Assembly (NCBI GenBank): GCA_951406725.2
Contig: OX597817.1
Coordinates: 16,864,001 to 16,928,000 of the forward strand
Source: Octopus vulgaris
Taxonomy: Eukaryota
Length of the DNA stretch: 64,000 bases
Direction of reading: 5' to 3'
Shown here: piece after piece, positions 12,529 through 25,981 of the stretch
How positions within the stretch are numbered: the first letter of the stretch is position 1
Layout of the letters: each line of letters begins with the position of its first letter
The notes under the pieces: generated by a model
What the model saw: only the letters and a program-made list of their open reading frames with translations
What the model was told of the DNA's origin: nothing
The model's database searches: none
Position numbers and translations under genes: made by a program

Positions 12529-12648
12529 AAGGCGGTGAGCTGGTAGAATCGTTAGCACGCCGGGCAAAATACTTACCGGCGTTTCGTCCGTCTTTACGCC
12601 TTTTGTTCAAATTCCACGGAGGTCGACTTCACCTTTCATCTTTCGGGG
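12529..12648 (+). mobile_element. 3'-truncated SINE-B head fused to a mariner fragment
   Basis: ggcggtgagctggtagaatcgttagcacgccgggc...ctttcgggga then transposase codons. Confidence 0.8.
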
Positions 12649-13172
12649 ATTGCAAAGGAGTAATTCACTTTGAATTGTTACCACCTAATGCAACAATCTA
12701 TGCTCAAGTCTACTGTCATCAATTAGAGCGTTTGAACCAAGCTTTGAAGAAAAAAAGACCCGCTTTAGTGAATCGAAAAGGAGTGATGTTTCATCAGGAC
12801 AATGCGCGACCCCACAGTGCAAAGATCACATCACAGAAGTTCAAAGAGTTGGTTGGCAAAAAATTCCTCGTCCACCTTATTCTCCCGACCTTGCTCCTTC
12901 AGACTACCATTTGTTTCGTAGTTTACAGAATCATTTGGGGGACATAACTTTCGCAAGTCAGGAGGAGGTTGAAACAGACATTTCAGAGTTCTTCGCTTTG
13001 AAATCAAAAGAGTTTTACATTGGTGGGATTAAAAAGCTTGTAAATAGTTGGAAGGAAGTCATAGATAATCAGGGAAAGTACATTGATGATTAAATTTCAA
13101 TTAAATATAACAATCATAATCACTTGTTTTCTTTATTCAAAATTTGGACAGAACTTATGGGATGAATTGATA
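12646..13172 (+). pseudogene. Mariner (DD34D) transposase C-terminal half with right end
   Basis: DCKGVIHFELLP...FHQDNARPH...(P)YSPDLAPSDYHLFRSL...GIKKLVNSW; one frameshift near 12850; TIR-like gaacttatgggatgaattgata. Confidence 0.9.
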
Positions 13173-13464
13173 TCGCTTCAGTAATCGAAATAAATCAAGA
13201 ACAGAGAGTTTGCAGGATTGAAGTCTGAATAAGAATCGAGTAATTCTGTCTTCTTTCTTCCATTTTCAATACGCGTGTCTTTGTGTTTCCGTGTCAATAT
13301 GTAGTGGGAGAGAGAAGGAGAGAGAAATAGAGGTGGGAGAGGACGTATTTCGCATGTTCGGCAATCTAGTCGCTTCCCGCGCTTTCCCCATACTGTTAAA
13401 GAAGAAGAAAAGATGTCTAAGGGATGCAGCTCTTTCATTCATTCGTTCATTCATTCATATGTAT

Positions 13465-13720
13465 CCTTTATCTTTTATCTTTTACTTGTTTCAGCCATTA
13501 GACTGCGGCCATGGTAGAGCAAAACTTAAAAGAATTTTAGTCGAACGAATCGACCCCAGTATTTTTTTTAAAGCCTGGTACTTATTATATCGGTCCCTTT
13601 TGCCAAACCGCTATGTTATGGGAACGTAAGCACATCAACACCGGTTTCCAAGCTTTGGTGCTGGTGGTGGTAGTGAAACACAGACATAAAAATGCATGCA
13701 CGTACACGTACATATACACA

Positions 13721-13788
<68 letters not shown>

Positions 13789-13945
13789 GACGGACTTCTT
13801 TCAGTTTCCGTCTACCAAATCCACTCACAAGGCTTTGGTTGGCCCGAGATTGTTGCAGAAGACGCTGGCCCAAATTGCCACGCAGTGGGACTGAACCATG
13901 TGATTGGAAAGCAAGCTTCTTACCACAAAGCCACACCCACGCCTA
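13465..13945 (-). mobile_element. Older SINE-A subfamily, full length
   Basis: Reverse complement head ggcgtgggtgtggctttgtggtaagaagcttgctttccaatc; body and tail recognisable. Confidence 0.85.
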
Positions 13946-14699
13946 CAAGCCACACCTGCACCTACGCCATACATGATGCTTATATCAAATCTCAAAGAGA
14001 TTAGTTTGTCTATGAGGATCGTGAAAACAACATTAAGTATTTATGTATTTATTTATCTATTTATTTAATTCATTGTTGTTCGTCTCGGTTTTCTGAATTC
14101 GGATACTACTCGAATGGACTTCACTTTTCATTTATTGCTTTCGAGGTCGATAAAAGAAATACCAGTAAGAAGAAGAATAAAATAACCACTGGTTGAGTCA
14201 TTCGACTTAGCCTCACTAGCACAGATTGGTCTTGAATCGTGTCAGAAACAACACCAAGAAACAAAAAACAAGCAATAGTCAATCATTGTTACTGTTTTTT
14301 TTTTCTTTCTTTCTGGCATATGCGTATCGATTTGTTAGTGAGGCATACGGAGTTTGATGTATATAATAGAATGGATTGACAGTGGAATATTAATGATAAT
14401 TAATTTATATACTCCAAAGAGAATGAAAGGCAAAGATTAATGGGCGCGATTTGAAATCGGAGAATGGAGAGTGAGATCAAAGTAAATGTTGTGAAAAAAG
14501 TTTAGCCTTACATTCAGCTGTTTCTATTATTTCAAACGTTTATAAATGAATAGCATATATACATGCACGCACAAATACACATTGACACAAGCGCACAGAC
14601 ATTACGTGATAGACTGGAGAAACTTGAAGATGACATCTGTTGCAATTACTGGATTTTCTTGAGTTAATGAAAGAGCCGCTTTGTGGAAATATCACCAGC

Positions 14700-15100
14700 T
14701 TGAGTGGAGGTCCGTGGCTTGGTGCTTAGGGTGTTGGACTCATGAAGGTAAGATTGTGGTTTCAATTCCTGGACCAGACGACGCGTTGTGTAATCCTGCG
14801 ATGAACCGGCGTCCCGTCCAGGTGGGGAATATTTGCGCCATGGAAACCAGAAAACCGGCCCTCTGAGTCTATGTGACTCGGGAAGGAACTTTGCTACTAA
14901 TCAGCTAGAAATAGCAGTCAAGTTTCTCCAAATCACATTCTACCGTCTAAAAGGGAAAAAAGGTGGGGGCGGGGGGCGAAACTTGATGTAATCCGATGTA
15001 CACTATGTCTGAAAAACAAAATACGGAATGGTCATTGTTAGAATGCCTTTAATCATAGATTTGGCTCCATCAGGGATAACCTGGAGCTTAAACAACATTC
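14700..15100 (+). mobile_element. Old tRNA-headed SINE plus an adjacent dispersed repeat
   Basis: ggaggtccgtggcttggtgcttagggtg...ggtttcaattcct head; 14895-15060 resembles 59400-59550. Confidence 0.5.
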
Positions 15101-15429
15101 AGTAATGACAATATGGTTTTCTAGAAGAAGGAAACAACACAGAGTGTGTTCGCGATTATAATAGATTCCTGGATAGACTTAAGTGCAGAACTGCAAATTG
15201 ATAAGATACTGGTCAGTGGGTGCAGTGAGTAGTTGTGTGGGTGAGAAGCTTGCTTCACAACCATGTGATCTTGGGTGCAGTCCTGCTGCGCGATACTCTG
15301 GGTAAATGTTTTCGACTATAGCCCCGGGATGGGATGAGCGACCAAAATGTTGTGAGTGGATTCATTTGATGAAAACTTGGATAAACAATGTTAAATATAA
15401 TATATAACATAAAAAATAATATATATATA

Positions 15430-15781
15430 GGCGCAGGAGTCGCTCTGTGGTAAGTAGCTTGTTCCGGGTTCAGTCCCACTGCGTGACACCTTGGGCAAGT
15501 GTCTTCTACTATAGCCTCGGGCCGACCAAAGCCTTGTGAGTGGATTTGGTAGACGGAAACTGAAAGAAGCCCGTCGTATATATGTATATATATATATATT
15601 TATATGTGTGCGTGTATGTTTGTGTTTGTCCCCCTAGCATTGCTTGACAACTGATACTGGTGTGTTTATGTCCCCGTCACCTAGCGGTTCGGCAAAATAG
15701 ACCGATAGAATAAGTCGAGTTGCTCGATTAAAGGCGGTGCTCCAGCATGGCCGCAGTCAAATGACTGAAAAGAGTAAAAGA

Positions 15782-15784
<3 letters not shown>
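15430..15784 (+). mobile_element. SINE-A with two small internal deletions; older SINE-A pieces flank it (15225-15375, 15900-16110)
   Basis: Direct match to consensus. Confidence 0.9.
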
Positions 15785-15830
<46 letters not shown>

Positions 15831-16184
15831 TATATATATACACACACACATATATATATACACATATATATACACACATATACATATGTGTGTGTGCATG
15901 AATTTTTGTTAGGGTTATGTTTGTCCCATCCCCGTCTCTCGACAACCAGTGTTGGTTTGTTTACGCCTTGGTAACTTAACAGTTCAGCAAAAGGACACGA
16001 TAAAATAAGTACCAGACTTAAAAAAAAAAAAATTGGGGGTTGCTTTGTTCGGTTAAACTCTTGAAGGCAGTGTCCCTGCATGGCTGCAGCCCAATAACTA
16101 TAACAAATAAAATATAACTCGCGCTGCGAAATGTGTTTGTATGTCACTGGCAGATCGGAAGAGTGCCGGACGAGTTTATTTTAA

Positions 16185-16185
<1 letters not shown>

Positions 16186-16233
<48 letters not shown>

Positions 16234-16515
16234 GTAATAATGAAATTATTGTATACAGTGCTCAGGTGCACCACAACTTATCAAAAGTGCGTATAAAGTG
16301 TATGCAGTAATGTACAAATGTCTGGGAAGTGAACAGTGTATGAGTCAGATACATGCTTGCGTGTGTATGGAGGGGAGAAAATCAGGTGTAGTGTTGGCGA
16401 ATCTCAGAAAGCATGGAAATTTTGAAGGATGCAGTGCTCCGACACCTAACAACTGATGCCGGCAGTTTGTTCCATGCTTCAGCAACTCTTAGGGTGAAAA
16501 AATGTTTCCGAAATT
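16186..16515 (-). mobile_element. CR1-clade LINE 3' end with (TTA)n tail
   Basis: Minus strand FRKHFFTLRVAEAWNKLPASVVRCRSTASFK, the CR1 ORF2 C-terminal signature, then 3'UTR and (TTA)n. Confidence 0.8.
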
Positions 16516-16774
16516 TGAAGACGAATAGACACTAACGTTATAGTAAAGGCTTTGCAAAGCTATCCGACATCCTCTACAGATATTTCACCATGCGTGTACT
16601 CAGATAAGCATTATGACCAGGTGATACATATAAAGAAATACTTCAATTAATCTGTTATTCAAGAGAGTTCTCTTGAATCGCAACAATGTAAGAACTTCCT
16701 CTACTGAGCACGAAACACAGCATGGAAAAGCAGTAAACTATATTTAATTCATTCCTGCTTACATATATGTATAT

Positions 16775-17087
16775 CAACGTGATCACCGTGAAGGACAAGG
16801 TTATCAGATGTTGTTACACATCGCTGGTCACAATGCGCTTCGCGTTATTTTAGCCTTCAAATGACGCTACCTCGCTGGCTAAGCGAGCAGGCCAACAGAA
16901 GAAAGAGTGAGAGAAAGTTGTGGCGAAAGAGTACAGCAGGGATCGCCACCCCACCTCCTGCCGGAGACTCATGGAGCTTTAGGTGTTTTCGCTCAATAAA
17001 CACTCACAACGCCCGGACTGGGAATCGAAACCGCGATCCTACAATCGCGAGTCCGCTGCCCTAACCACTGGACCATTGCGCCTCCAA
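16775..17087 (-). mobile_element. SINE-C (tRNA-Arg-like head), alternative tail
   Basis: Reverse complement ggaggcgcaatggtccagtggttagggcagcggactcgcg; first ~190 bp match 49155, tail differs. Confidence 0.85.
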
Positions 17088-17454
17088 CATATATGTATAT
17101 ATGGGTGTGTATACATACATACATACATGCATACATACATACATGCATACATGCATACATACATACATGCATACATATATACATACTTACAGACAAATAT
17201 ACGCACATACAGATATACGTGTGTATGTGCGCGTGCGAACAAGTGTATGCATGTATGTATGTATTTTCTTGGAGTAAAGTTTTGTTCCTGTAGTGACCAG
17301 TCCAGATGGCCAAACGTAGGTGTGGGGACAGGTACTGCAAAGGTGTTATGGCGATATTCTTGTTGTAAGTTGAGAATTCAGATGGCTATGTTATCTTTAT
17401 TCTCCTAAGGTATTCATTCCAGATCCTCTCATTTATGGGTCCATCATATCTGAC

Positions 17455-17485
<31 letters not shown>

Positions 17486-17497
17486 TGTATGTATGTA

Positions 17498-17540
<43 letters not shown>

Positions 17541-17876
17541 ACGCGTCTGTGTCTGTGTGTGTACGTATAATTTAGTCCAACTAAAACCTTCCTGAGCCAC
17601 CACACCGAGTCGCTGCTCTTTGGTTGTCAAGCGACTGGGAATCGTGAACGGAAAGCTTTGAGTAGCGACTTACGCTGACTCAACTTTGATTAAATTGTTA
17701 TTCCACTTAAACTAAAAATTTTAAGTGCTTTTTCAATATTTATAATTCATATTAGTGTGAAAATAAAATATCACACATACACACACACACACATTCATAT
17801 GCATATGTATACATAGCCATGAACACTCCAACTTATATGCATGATATACACTCGATTATAACATATTATATATATT

Positions 17877-17920
<44 letters not shown>

Positions 17921-17950
17921 CATACATACATACACATATATATATATATG

Positions 17951-17989
<39 letters not shown>

Positions 17990-17991
<2 letters not shown>

Positions 17992-18150
17992 CAAATTTAC
18001 AGAAAACAAGACGACGTAGGAACAACAAGCAGGTGCATTAGTTTAACGCTCGAGAAGAATGGAAATGTATTTTACGTTTCAAGCCTATGCTCTTCAACAG
18101 AAAGGATTAAGAAGGAAAAAATGGAGAATCAAAAAAAACAGAGAGAAAAT
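17990..18150 (-). mobile_element. Penelope-like fragment with hammerhead motif (18068-18105), same family as 9408
   Basis: Minus strand ccttt CTGTTGA a gagcataggctt GAAA cg TA aaa; sits between (TA)n tracts. Confidence 0.5.
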
Positions 18151-18155
18151 ATATG

Positions 18156-18197
<42 letters not shown>

Positions 18198-18579
18198 GCA
18201 GTTCAATGTACTCTCTAGTACCAAACTTTTTACAGAATGTAGTGGATGGCACCAACGCTGGAGATGTTATCATGCCTTCGGCAATACATACATACATACA
18301 TACATACATACATACATACATACATACATACACACACACATACATACATACATACATACATACATACATACATACATACAAAGAAACTGGATATCTGAAT
18401 CTGCATATTAGAAAACATTTTGTTTTTCGATAAGATGAGGCAGGGAATATGTACAAAGTGAAGGGATTAACCTACAAATATTTACTCTACAGAACAAAGA
18501 AACAAAACACAAGAAACTAACGAAATGATTAATCAAATGATTAAGCATCGATCAGCAAATGTCTCATCACCTTCCTCCT

Positions 18580-18816
18580 ACCAACGTCACCGTCAGCGCC
18601 ACCGCCACCGCCGCCGCCACTAACACCACCACCGCCGCCGCCGCCACCAACACCGCCACCACCACCACCACCGCGACGGCGATGGTGACGATAGCCCCAA
18701 TGGCGACGACCACCGTCACAACTACCACGATCATCGTCGTCGTCATCATCATCATCGTCATCGTCATCATCATCATCATCATCATCATCGTCATCATCTT
18801 CATCGTCGTCATCATC

Positions 18817-18855
<39 letters not shown>

Positions 18856-19018
18856 GTCGTCATCATCATCTTCATCATCATCATCGTCGTCGTCGTCATC
18901 ATCATCTTCATCGTCGTCATCATCATCATCATCATCATCATCATCGTCATCATCGTCATCATCATCTTCATCATCATCATCATCATCATCATCATCGTCA
19001 TCATCATCATCATCATCG

Positions 19019-19059
<41 letters not shown>

Positions 19060-19300
19060 GTCGTCGTCATCATCATCATCATCAACATCATCCTCCTCAT
19101 CATCATCATCGTCGTCATCATCATCATCATCATCATCATCATCACACCCCATCTCTACCATCGCCACCGTGTTGATAAGGACGATGACATCAACAACCAC
19201 TATCAACTGCAACAATCATCGTCGTCGTCGTCTCCACCACCACCACCACCACCACTATCACCACCACCATCACAAGCAGCATCAACGACGACAGCAACAA
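18580..19300. repeat. Compound trinucleotide field (CAC/CGC)n-(CAT/CGT)n
   Basis: Seen directly; source of the poly-D, poly-M and poly-I ORFs. Confidence 0.95.
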
Positions 19301-20035
19301 ACCTGCGTCGGCCTATGTAATTTTATGCGTCATAAACATATGACTAAGACATCTATTAAAGATGAGGTAAAACGGATCGATTCGATTGTCAAGTGGTTAA
19401 CGTCTTTTTACACACACACAAACCCACACACCCACGCACACACACACGCACACACGCACACAAACCCACACACCCACGCACACACATGCACACCCCTTAC
19501 GTCCATGATAAACGCTTCACTACATCATCATCATCATCATTTCGTAACATGATCGATCGATTCTTGAGTTTAGTTTAATAACTCTTCTTCTCTCTTAATC
19601 ATCTAAACTGCATGGTTTTTCAGTAATATCTCACATAAACCAGTTCCTTTGCTCAGAAGACAGTTATTCAGTTATTGATCGGGTACTTAATTTAAAGACA
19701 TAGATCTTAACAAAGTACTTACATTTTCTTCTCTGCTTTCATGAAGAAATACCAGTTTGCTATTATAGTCAGTAAATGGCTATAACCGTTGTCTTTATAA
19801 AGTCTATTGTACATGTGTAGTTTTTGATATTCAGTACGATATAGTGATATTCTCTTTTGCTCACAGCAGCCATATTCCTACCACTCTATGTCACGCTTAA
19901 CTCCATGTACTTAACTCCATGTCCCCCTACATGGCCTTGCTATTTGCTTTTGAGCCAAATTAACTAACTAACTAACTAACTTTTCCTGTAACCCAAAGAT
20001 GAAATGCAAGCAATTTGTATGTATGTACAGGGTAC

Positions 20036-20630
20036 ATCTTTCACCTGCGCTGCCTCCGGAAAATCCTCCGCATCAAATGGCAGAACCATATCCCCAACAA
20101 AGATGTCCTCAGGCAAGCAGGAATACCAAGCATGTTTGCACTCCTCACACAAAGACGTATGAGATGGCTTAGGCATGTCAGCCGTATGAAAGATGGCAGA
20201 ATCCCCAAGGACATACTCTACGGAGAGCTTGCTAGGGGTACTAGGTCTGTGGGTAGACCGCTCTTACGTTACAAGGATGTTTGCAAAAGGGACATGAAGG
20301 CCTGCAACATCAATATTAGCGGTTGGGAGGTAGTTGCCGGCAACCGTGGAGACTGGCGACGTACCGTAAGAGAGGGAATACAAAGGAGTGATAGAGAGAG
20401 AGAGGAGAAATGGAAAGACAAGAAAAGACGTCAACAAGAAACTATGGCATTACAACCAGCCAGGAACAGTCTTCGCTACATTTGCGGTACCTGCCAGAGG
20501 GAGTGTTTGTCCAGGATAGGACTACACAGCCACAGCAGGAAATGTATCAGGACATGAAATGTAAAAGCCGGACTAGACTACTTTATGCGCAACTCCATTG
20601 TCTCCCGAGACAAAAAGGATGCCAACCAAC
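20036..20630 (+). mobile_element. RTE (BovB-like) LINE, 5'-truncated 3' end with open ORF2 tail
   Basis: FHLRCLRKILRIKWQNHIPNKDVL...DGRIPKDILYGEL...GRPLLRYKD...CGTCQRECLSRIGLHSH; 3'UTR ending gtctcccgagac...gatgccaaccaac. Confidence 0.93.
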
Positions 20631-21463
20631 AGGGTACAGTGAATAAACTGTCGTCTAAATTTTGCAAAAATGAAAATAACACGGACATCTTATTTTAACA
20701 GATATATTTACCAAAATTACATTAAAATATCTTGAAATATTAAAGAGTAAATTTATTCAATAAAATCCTCACTGGCTTCAACAACAGCCTCCAGACGACT
20801 TCGGAATCTTCTGCAGCTCTTCTGGGCCGTCTCCTTGTTTAAGTTGGTGACTGCTGCCATAATCCTTGCTTTCAGTTCATCTTTGGTGTTGCAAGGAGTT
20901 TTGTTGGTCTCTCGCTCAACTGTACCCCACACATAATAATCAAGAGGGTTGCAGTCTGAGGAGTTAGGTGGCCAGATGTTAGGGGTGATGTAGTCGCAGA
21001 AATTGTCTGATAGCCGTGACTGGGCTCTCCTGCTTGTGTAGAGTGCAGAGTGCTGTTGCCAGACATAGGGTCTTCCAGCAGTTACGCTCTTGACCCAGGT
21101 CGTGCGAGAAGATGAATGAAAGCATAACGTCGCCATCACTAGTGATCACTCCAAACACCATGATGTTGACTGGATGTTTGGTTTTTATCGCTCTCAGTAC
21201 ATACCCTCAGATTGCACTGTCCTCAAATTGACACCCAAACACTCTGAAATGTTCGTATTGGAGCTTTCAGCGCAAATGCCAAATAGTACAGCATGTCGTT
21301 TCCAAATTTTTGGCTAAGTGAATTGCGTCATGGGGCTGTTTTTCTCAGAGACGGTGCCCAACTGACCTTACTATACTGTGTAGCTGACAAAATCAAAAAC
21401 AAACAATGCGTATACGCGAAATTAAGAATATAAAATGGCAATAATTTACCGATCGCACTCTGG

Positions 21464-21465
<2 letters not shown>
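20630..21465 (-). mobile_element. Internally deleted Tc1/mariner-superfamily element (maT/DD37D-like)
   Basis: MVFGVITSDG...YVWQQ(D)SA...WPPNSSDCNPLDYYVWG...RFRSRLEAVVEA. Confidence 0.85.
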
Positions 21466-21496
<31 letters not shown>

Positions 21497-21536
21497 TGTA
21501 TGTATGTATGTATGTATGTATGTATGTATGTATGCA

Positions 21537-22215
21537 TATAAAAAGGAATATAAAAAATGGGACAAGAACGCAAAACATCCAGACAATTGGATGATACAAA
21601 AAAAGGGATAAGAAATAAACAAGGACGGGTCATTTGGAGTTTTCTTTCCTCAGTCTAGTTGCAGATTATCTTTGCAATTTCGGCTGGTTATACTTGAGAT
21701 TGTTCCAATCTGGCCAACCCCAAGGAAAAACTAAGTTAAGAGCACTAGTTTCCTTGAAAGAAAGCAGCGAATGCATACGAAAACAATGACGAAAAAAACC
21801 CCGGAGAAATGGTACACAAATACAAATTCAAATAACAGGACATTAACAACAGGTGTCTTTCGACTAAGGACGAATTAAATTAAGCTGGCGTGTGTGGAAG
21901 TGAAGCAGGGACATAAGAGATGACAGGCTGGGGGAGAAATATAGATGTTGCATGGATGGTAGTCGAACCAAGAAAGAAAGGTCAGGCTTAGCCGAACACC
22001 GGTCACGTGGAGAGTAAGGAGAGAGGTAGAGGCAGAGGGACAGAAGAATTAGGGAGGAACGAGAAAAAAGAAAGGGGACAGAGTGAAGTGAAAGAGGAAG
22101 GAAGGTGAGAATGAAGAGAAAGCCAGGAAATGTAACAGAGAGGGAACGACAGAAAGAAGAGTGAAAAGAACGAAGTGTGAAGGAGCTGCGAGAAAGAAAG
22201 AAAGAATAAGAGAGT
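21537..22215. repeat. Unclassified dispersed repeat (possibly Penelope-like); its last ~190 bp are duplicated in inverted form at 22640-22832
   Basis: Inverted duplication seen directly; starts at a (TATG)n tract; class is inference. Confidence 0.45.
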
Positions 22216-22240
22216 CATAAAAAATTTATATATATATATA

Positions 22241-22634
22241 GGCGCAGGAGTGGCTGTGTGGTAAGTAGCTTGCTAACCAACCACATGGTTCCGGGTTCAG
22301 TCCCACTGCGTGGCATCTTGGGCAAGTGTCTTCTGCTATAGCCCCGGGCCGACAAATGCCTTGTGAGTGGATTTGGTAGACGGAAACTGAAAGAAGCCTG
22401 TCGTATATTTGTATATATATATAAGTGTGTGTGTATATGTTTGTGTGTCTGTGTTTGTCCCCCTAGCATTGGTTGACAACCGATGCTGGTGCGTTTACGT
22501 CTCCGTCACTTAGCGGTTCGGCAAAAGAGACTGATAGAATAAGTACTGGGCTTACAAAGAATAAGTCCCGGGGTCGAGTTGCTCCAGCATGGCCACAGTC
22601 GAATGACTGAAACAAGTAAAAGAGTAAAAGAGTA
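22241..22634 (+). mobile_element. SINE-A
   Basis: Full match with a short deletion near the tail. Confidence 0.93.
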
Positions 22635-22834
22635 TATATTCTTTCATTCTTTCTTTCTTTCTTTCTCGCAGCTCCTTCACACTTCGTTCTTTCCACTCTT
22701 CTTTCTGTCGTTCCCTCTCTGTTACATTTCCTGGCTTTCTCTTCATTCTCACCTTCCATCCTCTTTCACTTCACTCTGTCCCCTTTCTTTTTACTCGTTC
22801 CTCCCTAATTCTTCTGTCTCTCTGCCTCTACCTT

Positions 22835-23043
22835 GACTCAGTGCACAGCCTTTCCTCACTTTAAAAAAAAATCTTCTTGCACAGGCATTGCACAATAACA
22901 ACATTGATTAAGCTTCGTGAAATGGCCATCCTCGATAACGAGGGGGCAGCCACCATGTATGTATGTATGTATGTATGTATGTATGTATGTATGTATGTAT
23001 GTATGTATGTATGTATGTATGTATGCATGCATGTATGTATGTA
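22835..23043 (+). mobile_element. 5'-truncated copy of the 1777-2340 element with long (ATGT)n tail
   Basis: gactcagtgcacagcctttcctcac...gagggggcagccaccatgtatg near-identical to 2210-2340. Confidence 0.85.
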
Positions 23044-24248
23044 TGAAAAGTTCATTGGCTGACTATGAAGACGTGGCGCTAGAGCTGTGATACATTGCAT
23101 GTACTAATTTCAAATTCTCTAATTAATAGCTGCATTGTTTCTTTTGGCGACGTCTCTTTGAAATCGATAAAATTTGGCATTCTAGTGTTATAAGGTACCT
23201 GCAGAAAAACGATTTACCTCCCAAGGACATTCCTGTCGACATCATTGCGAATTTAAGGTATGACGCTCCAGCTTTATCAAATGCAGGCGTGGGCAGCTGA
23301 ATTTAGGAGGAGAATGGAGAGTCTTGAAGATAACCTAACGTCTAAGCGTCTTGCAGCTGCCACCACTGACAAATGCATTGATCGTGTTCACCATATGCTG
23401 ATAGATGACAGGCAATTGACGACAAATCAAATATTCAATGCTATTAACATATGCCGTGAGAGAGTTGAGAATATTCTGCACAATGAACATGGCATGGGGA
23501 AAGTTTCTGCTTGGTGGGTGCCACGTCTTTTGACACCTGATCAAAAGTGCACCAGGCGCGAATCACATTACGGGAAAAATCTGACATTTTTGAGACAGAT
23601 TCAGCTGGTTTCCTTGAACGTTTCCTAAACCAGGATGTGTGTTAGCTTCATCACTTTGAGCCAGAGACAAATAGACAATCCATGCAGTGGAAACACTCCT
23701 CCTTACCTGCTCCGAAGAAGGTCAATCTCGTTTCATCTGCAGGGAAGGTGATGGCCTCAGTTTTGCGGGGTGGAAAAGGCATTGTGTTTATTGACTATCT
23801 TCAAAAGGGCCACACCATCAATGGAGAGTGCTATATGCCAACTTGTTGAGGCAGTTACGAAAAGCTATCAAGACCAATCGCCCAGGACAATGCTCCAGGA
23901 CTCAAGTCTTTGATTTCAATGGCTGATGTGTGACTGTGGCTTTGAAGTGGTTGATCCCCTCCTTTTTCTCCTGATTTGTTCTCATCTGACAATCATTTGT
24001 TCCTCAAAATGAAAAAAAAAACACTTGACTGGGAATTCGTGTTGCAGTGATGACGTCAATCGGCTGCTGATAATTTTTTTGACCTGTAGGATGACAACTT
24101 CTTCACCAATGACATCGAAGCACTACAACACCAATGGAAGGAGTGTGTGGACCACAAGGAGGACTCTGTTGAAAAATAAACCTCATTTTCTCACATCCTA
24201 TAGGAGTATCTATGTCAGTCTATGATCTTTTCAGCCGACTCTCGTACC
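23042..24248 (+). mobile_element. Near full-length decayed mariner (Himar1/irritans-like)
   Basis: Ends gaaaagttcattggctgac / gtcagtctatgatcttttc...ctcgta; WAAEFRR...SLED, KVSAWWVPRLLTPDQK, SAGKVMASV, IDYLQKG remnants. Confidence 0.88.
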
Positions 24249-25768
24249 TGTACGCGAATGTATGTACCTTTATGTGTGTGTACGTGTACGTATGTGTGTA
24301 TGCGTGTGTGTATGTGTGTGTATGTGTCTGTGTGTACGTATGTGTGTATGCGTGTAAGCATGTGTGTATGCGTGTAAGCATGTGTCTATGTGTGTATGAA
24401 TGTTTGTTTATGTGTGTATGTAAGTAAACGTGTGTGTGTGTGTTTGTGTTTGTGGTGGGGTGCTTGTTCTCCCAGCTTTATTTCTGGAAATTCTCACAGA
24501 TGGAAAAGTGCCGGTTTCTAACCTAGAAACAAAATATCTTTTCTACTGTGCTCTACTGGCTGTTTTTACAGAATACGAACGAGAAGGTTTCTTTCCATAT
24601 TTGAAAACACCACAGCTTTTCTAGACTGTTAATTAAACATTTAGTAACACATCCATATGCACCAAGGATTGTGAGTGCAAACATAAAATTTAGATAAAGA
24701 ATATTTTACATTTTGAATCTCTCGATGATTTAAACGTTCTAAAGATTAGATGACATCGAAGTTTGGTGCATTTCTGAAATTATTGATGCAAGCGAATGAA
24801 TCACTTGTTCTCTCCTGGTTTATATCCTATTTCGCATGCAAACCGTAAAATGTTCCGGAAGTTTAAAAGTTCCAATCATATTCTGTAGAATTCCTTACGT
24901 AAAAAAAAAAGAAGATAAATATTAAAATGATATGCTTACTAAAAGAAAAAAGGACTTAAAAAATGACCAGAACTGTTGTGTGACAGCTAAATATATAATA
25001 AATCGGAAAATTATCATTTGTACATATTGAGACAGGACGTCCATAAATGTAATTCACTGTTAAGAATACTTCACTTTATTTGTCACCATTTATGTAGTTT
25101 TGAGTTTGTTTATTTCTGTTCAATTTTCCTCTTTTTTTTTCTCTCTCTTTGCAACTTCAATCAATATACTATTTTCGCAGAGTAACCATCAACAGTGGTA
25201 CACAGAGTTAGCGAATAACCAACCCAAATAATCATTCTAGTACTTAGACAAAACAGTGCTCTTATACCGTGGCCGTCGACAAAAGCGGATGTGTTTTTGC
25301 TCAATCACATGATGCAGACGAATCGGAAATAGTAGTGTAATCTGGTACATTGTGTTTTTAAGTAGCTCGGTCATTAAATCAATGTTTCCGACATTTTGTG
25401 TGTGTTGCGTAGATACAAACGGTCGGAATAAAGCATTCCTACTAAACCAAGCATAGTGTTATTTATTTTTTTTGTTAATAATTAATTAATTGGAGGAGGA
25501 AAGGCAACGCCCAAGACTTTTGTGTTCAGTTTGAACTCATGAAAGCTGGCGCCTGAAGGTTTCGTGGATAAAAAAAAAAAAGAGTGGATATTCCAGTAGT
25601 TTTCAGCTCCGGAGAGAAAATGTTTTGTATAGTGTATAGCGTGGTGTCTGAGCGGAATGGAAACAAAAGGAATGAAGTAAAAAAAAAAAAGAAGTGGATG
25701 AACCGAGTGGACTTAAGAGGTGGTTACACAACATCCTAGTTCAAAATAGTAACAGCTGTTGTATTAAC

Positions 25769-25981
<213 letters not shown>

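Noticed and set aside
18541-19320. Poly-Asp, poly-Met and poly-Ile ORFs (also 32279-32945)
   Set aside because: Trinucleotide repeat fields open in several frames with no domain or splice support
20015-20557. 180-aa ORF as a host zinc-finger gene
   Set aside because: It is the C-terminus of an RTE LINE ORF2 with its 3'UTR and tail
21630-21720. Minus-strand CTGAGGAaaGAAA and cagccGAAAttgcaa motifs
   Set aside because: No stem II in the first and no CUGAnGA in the second
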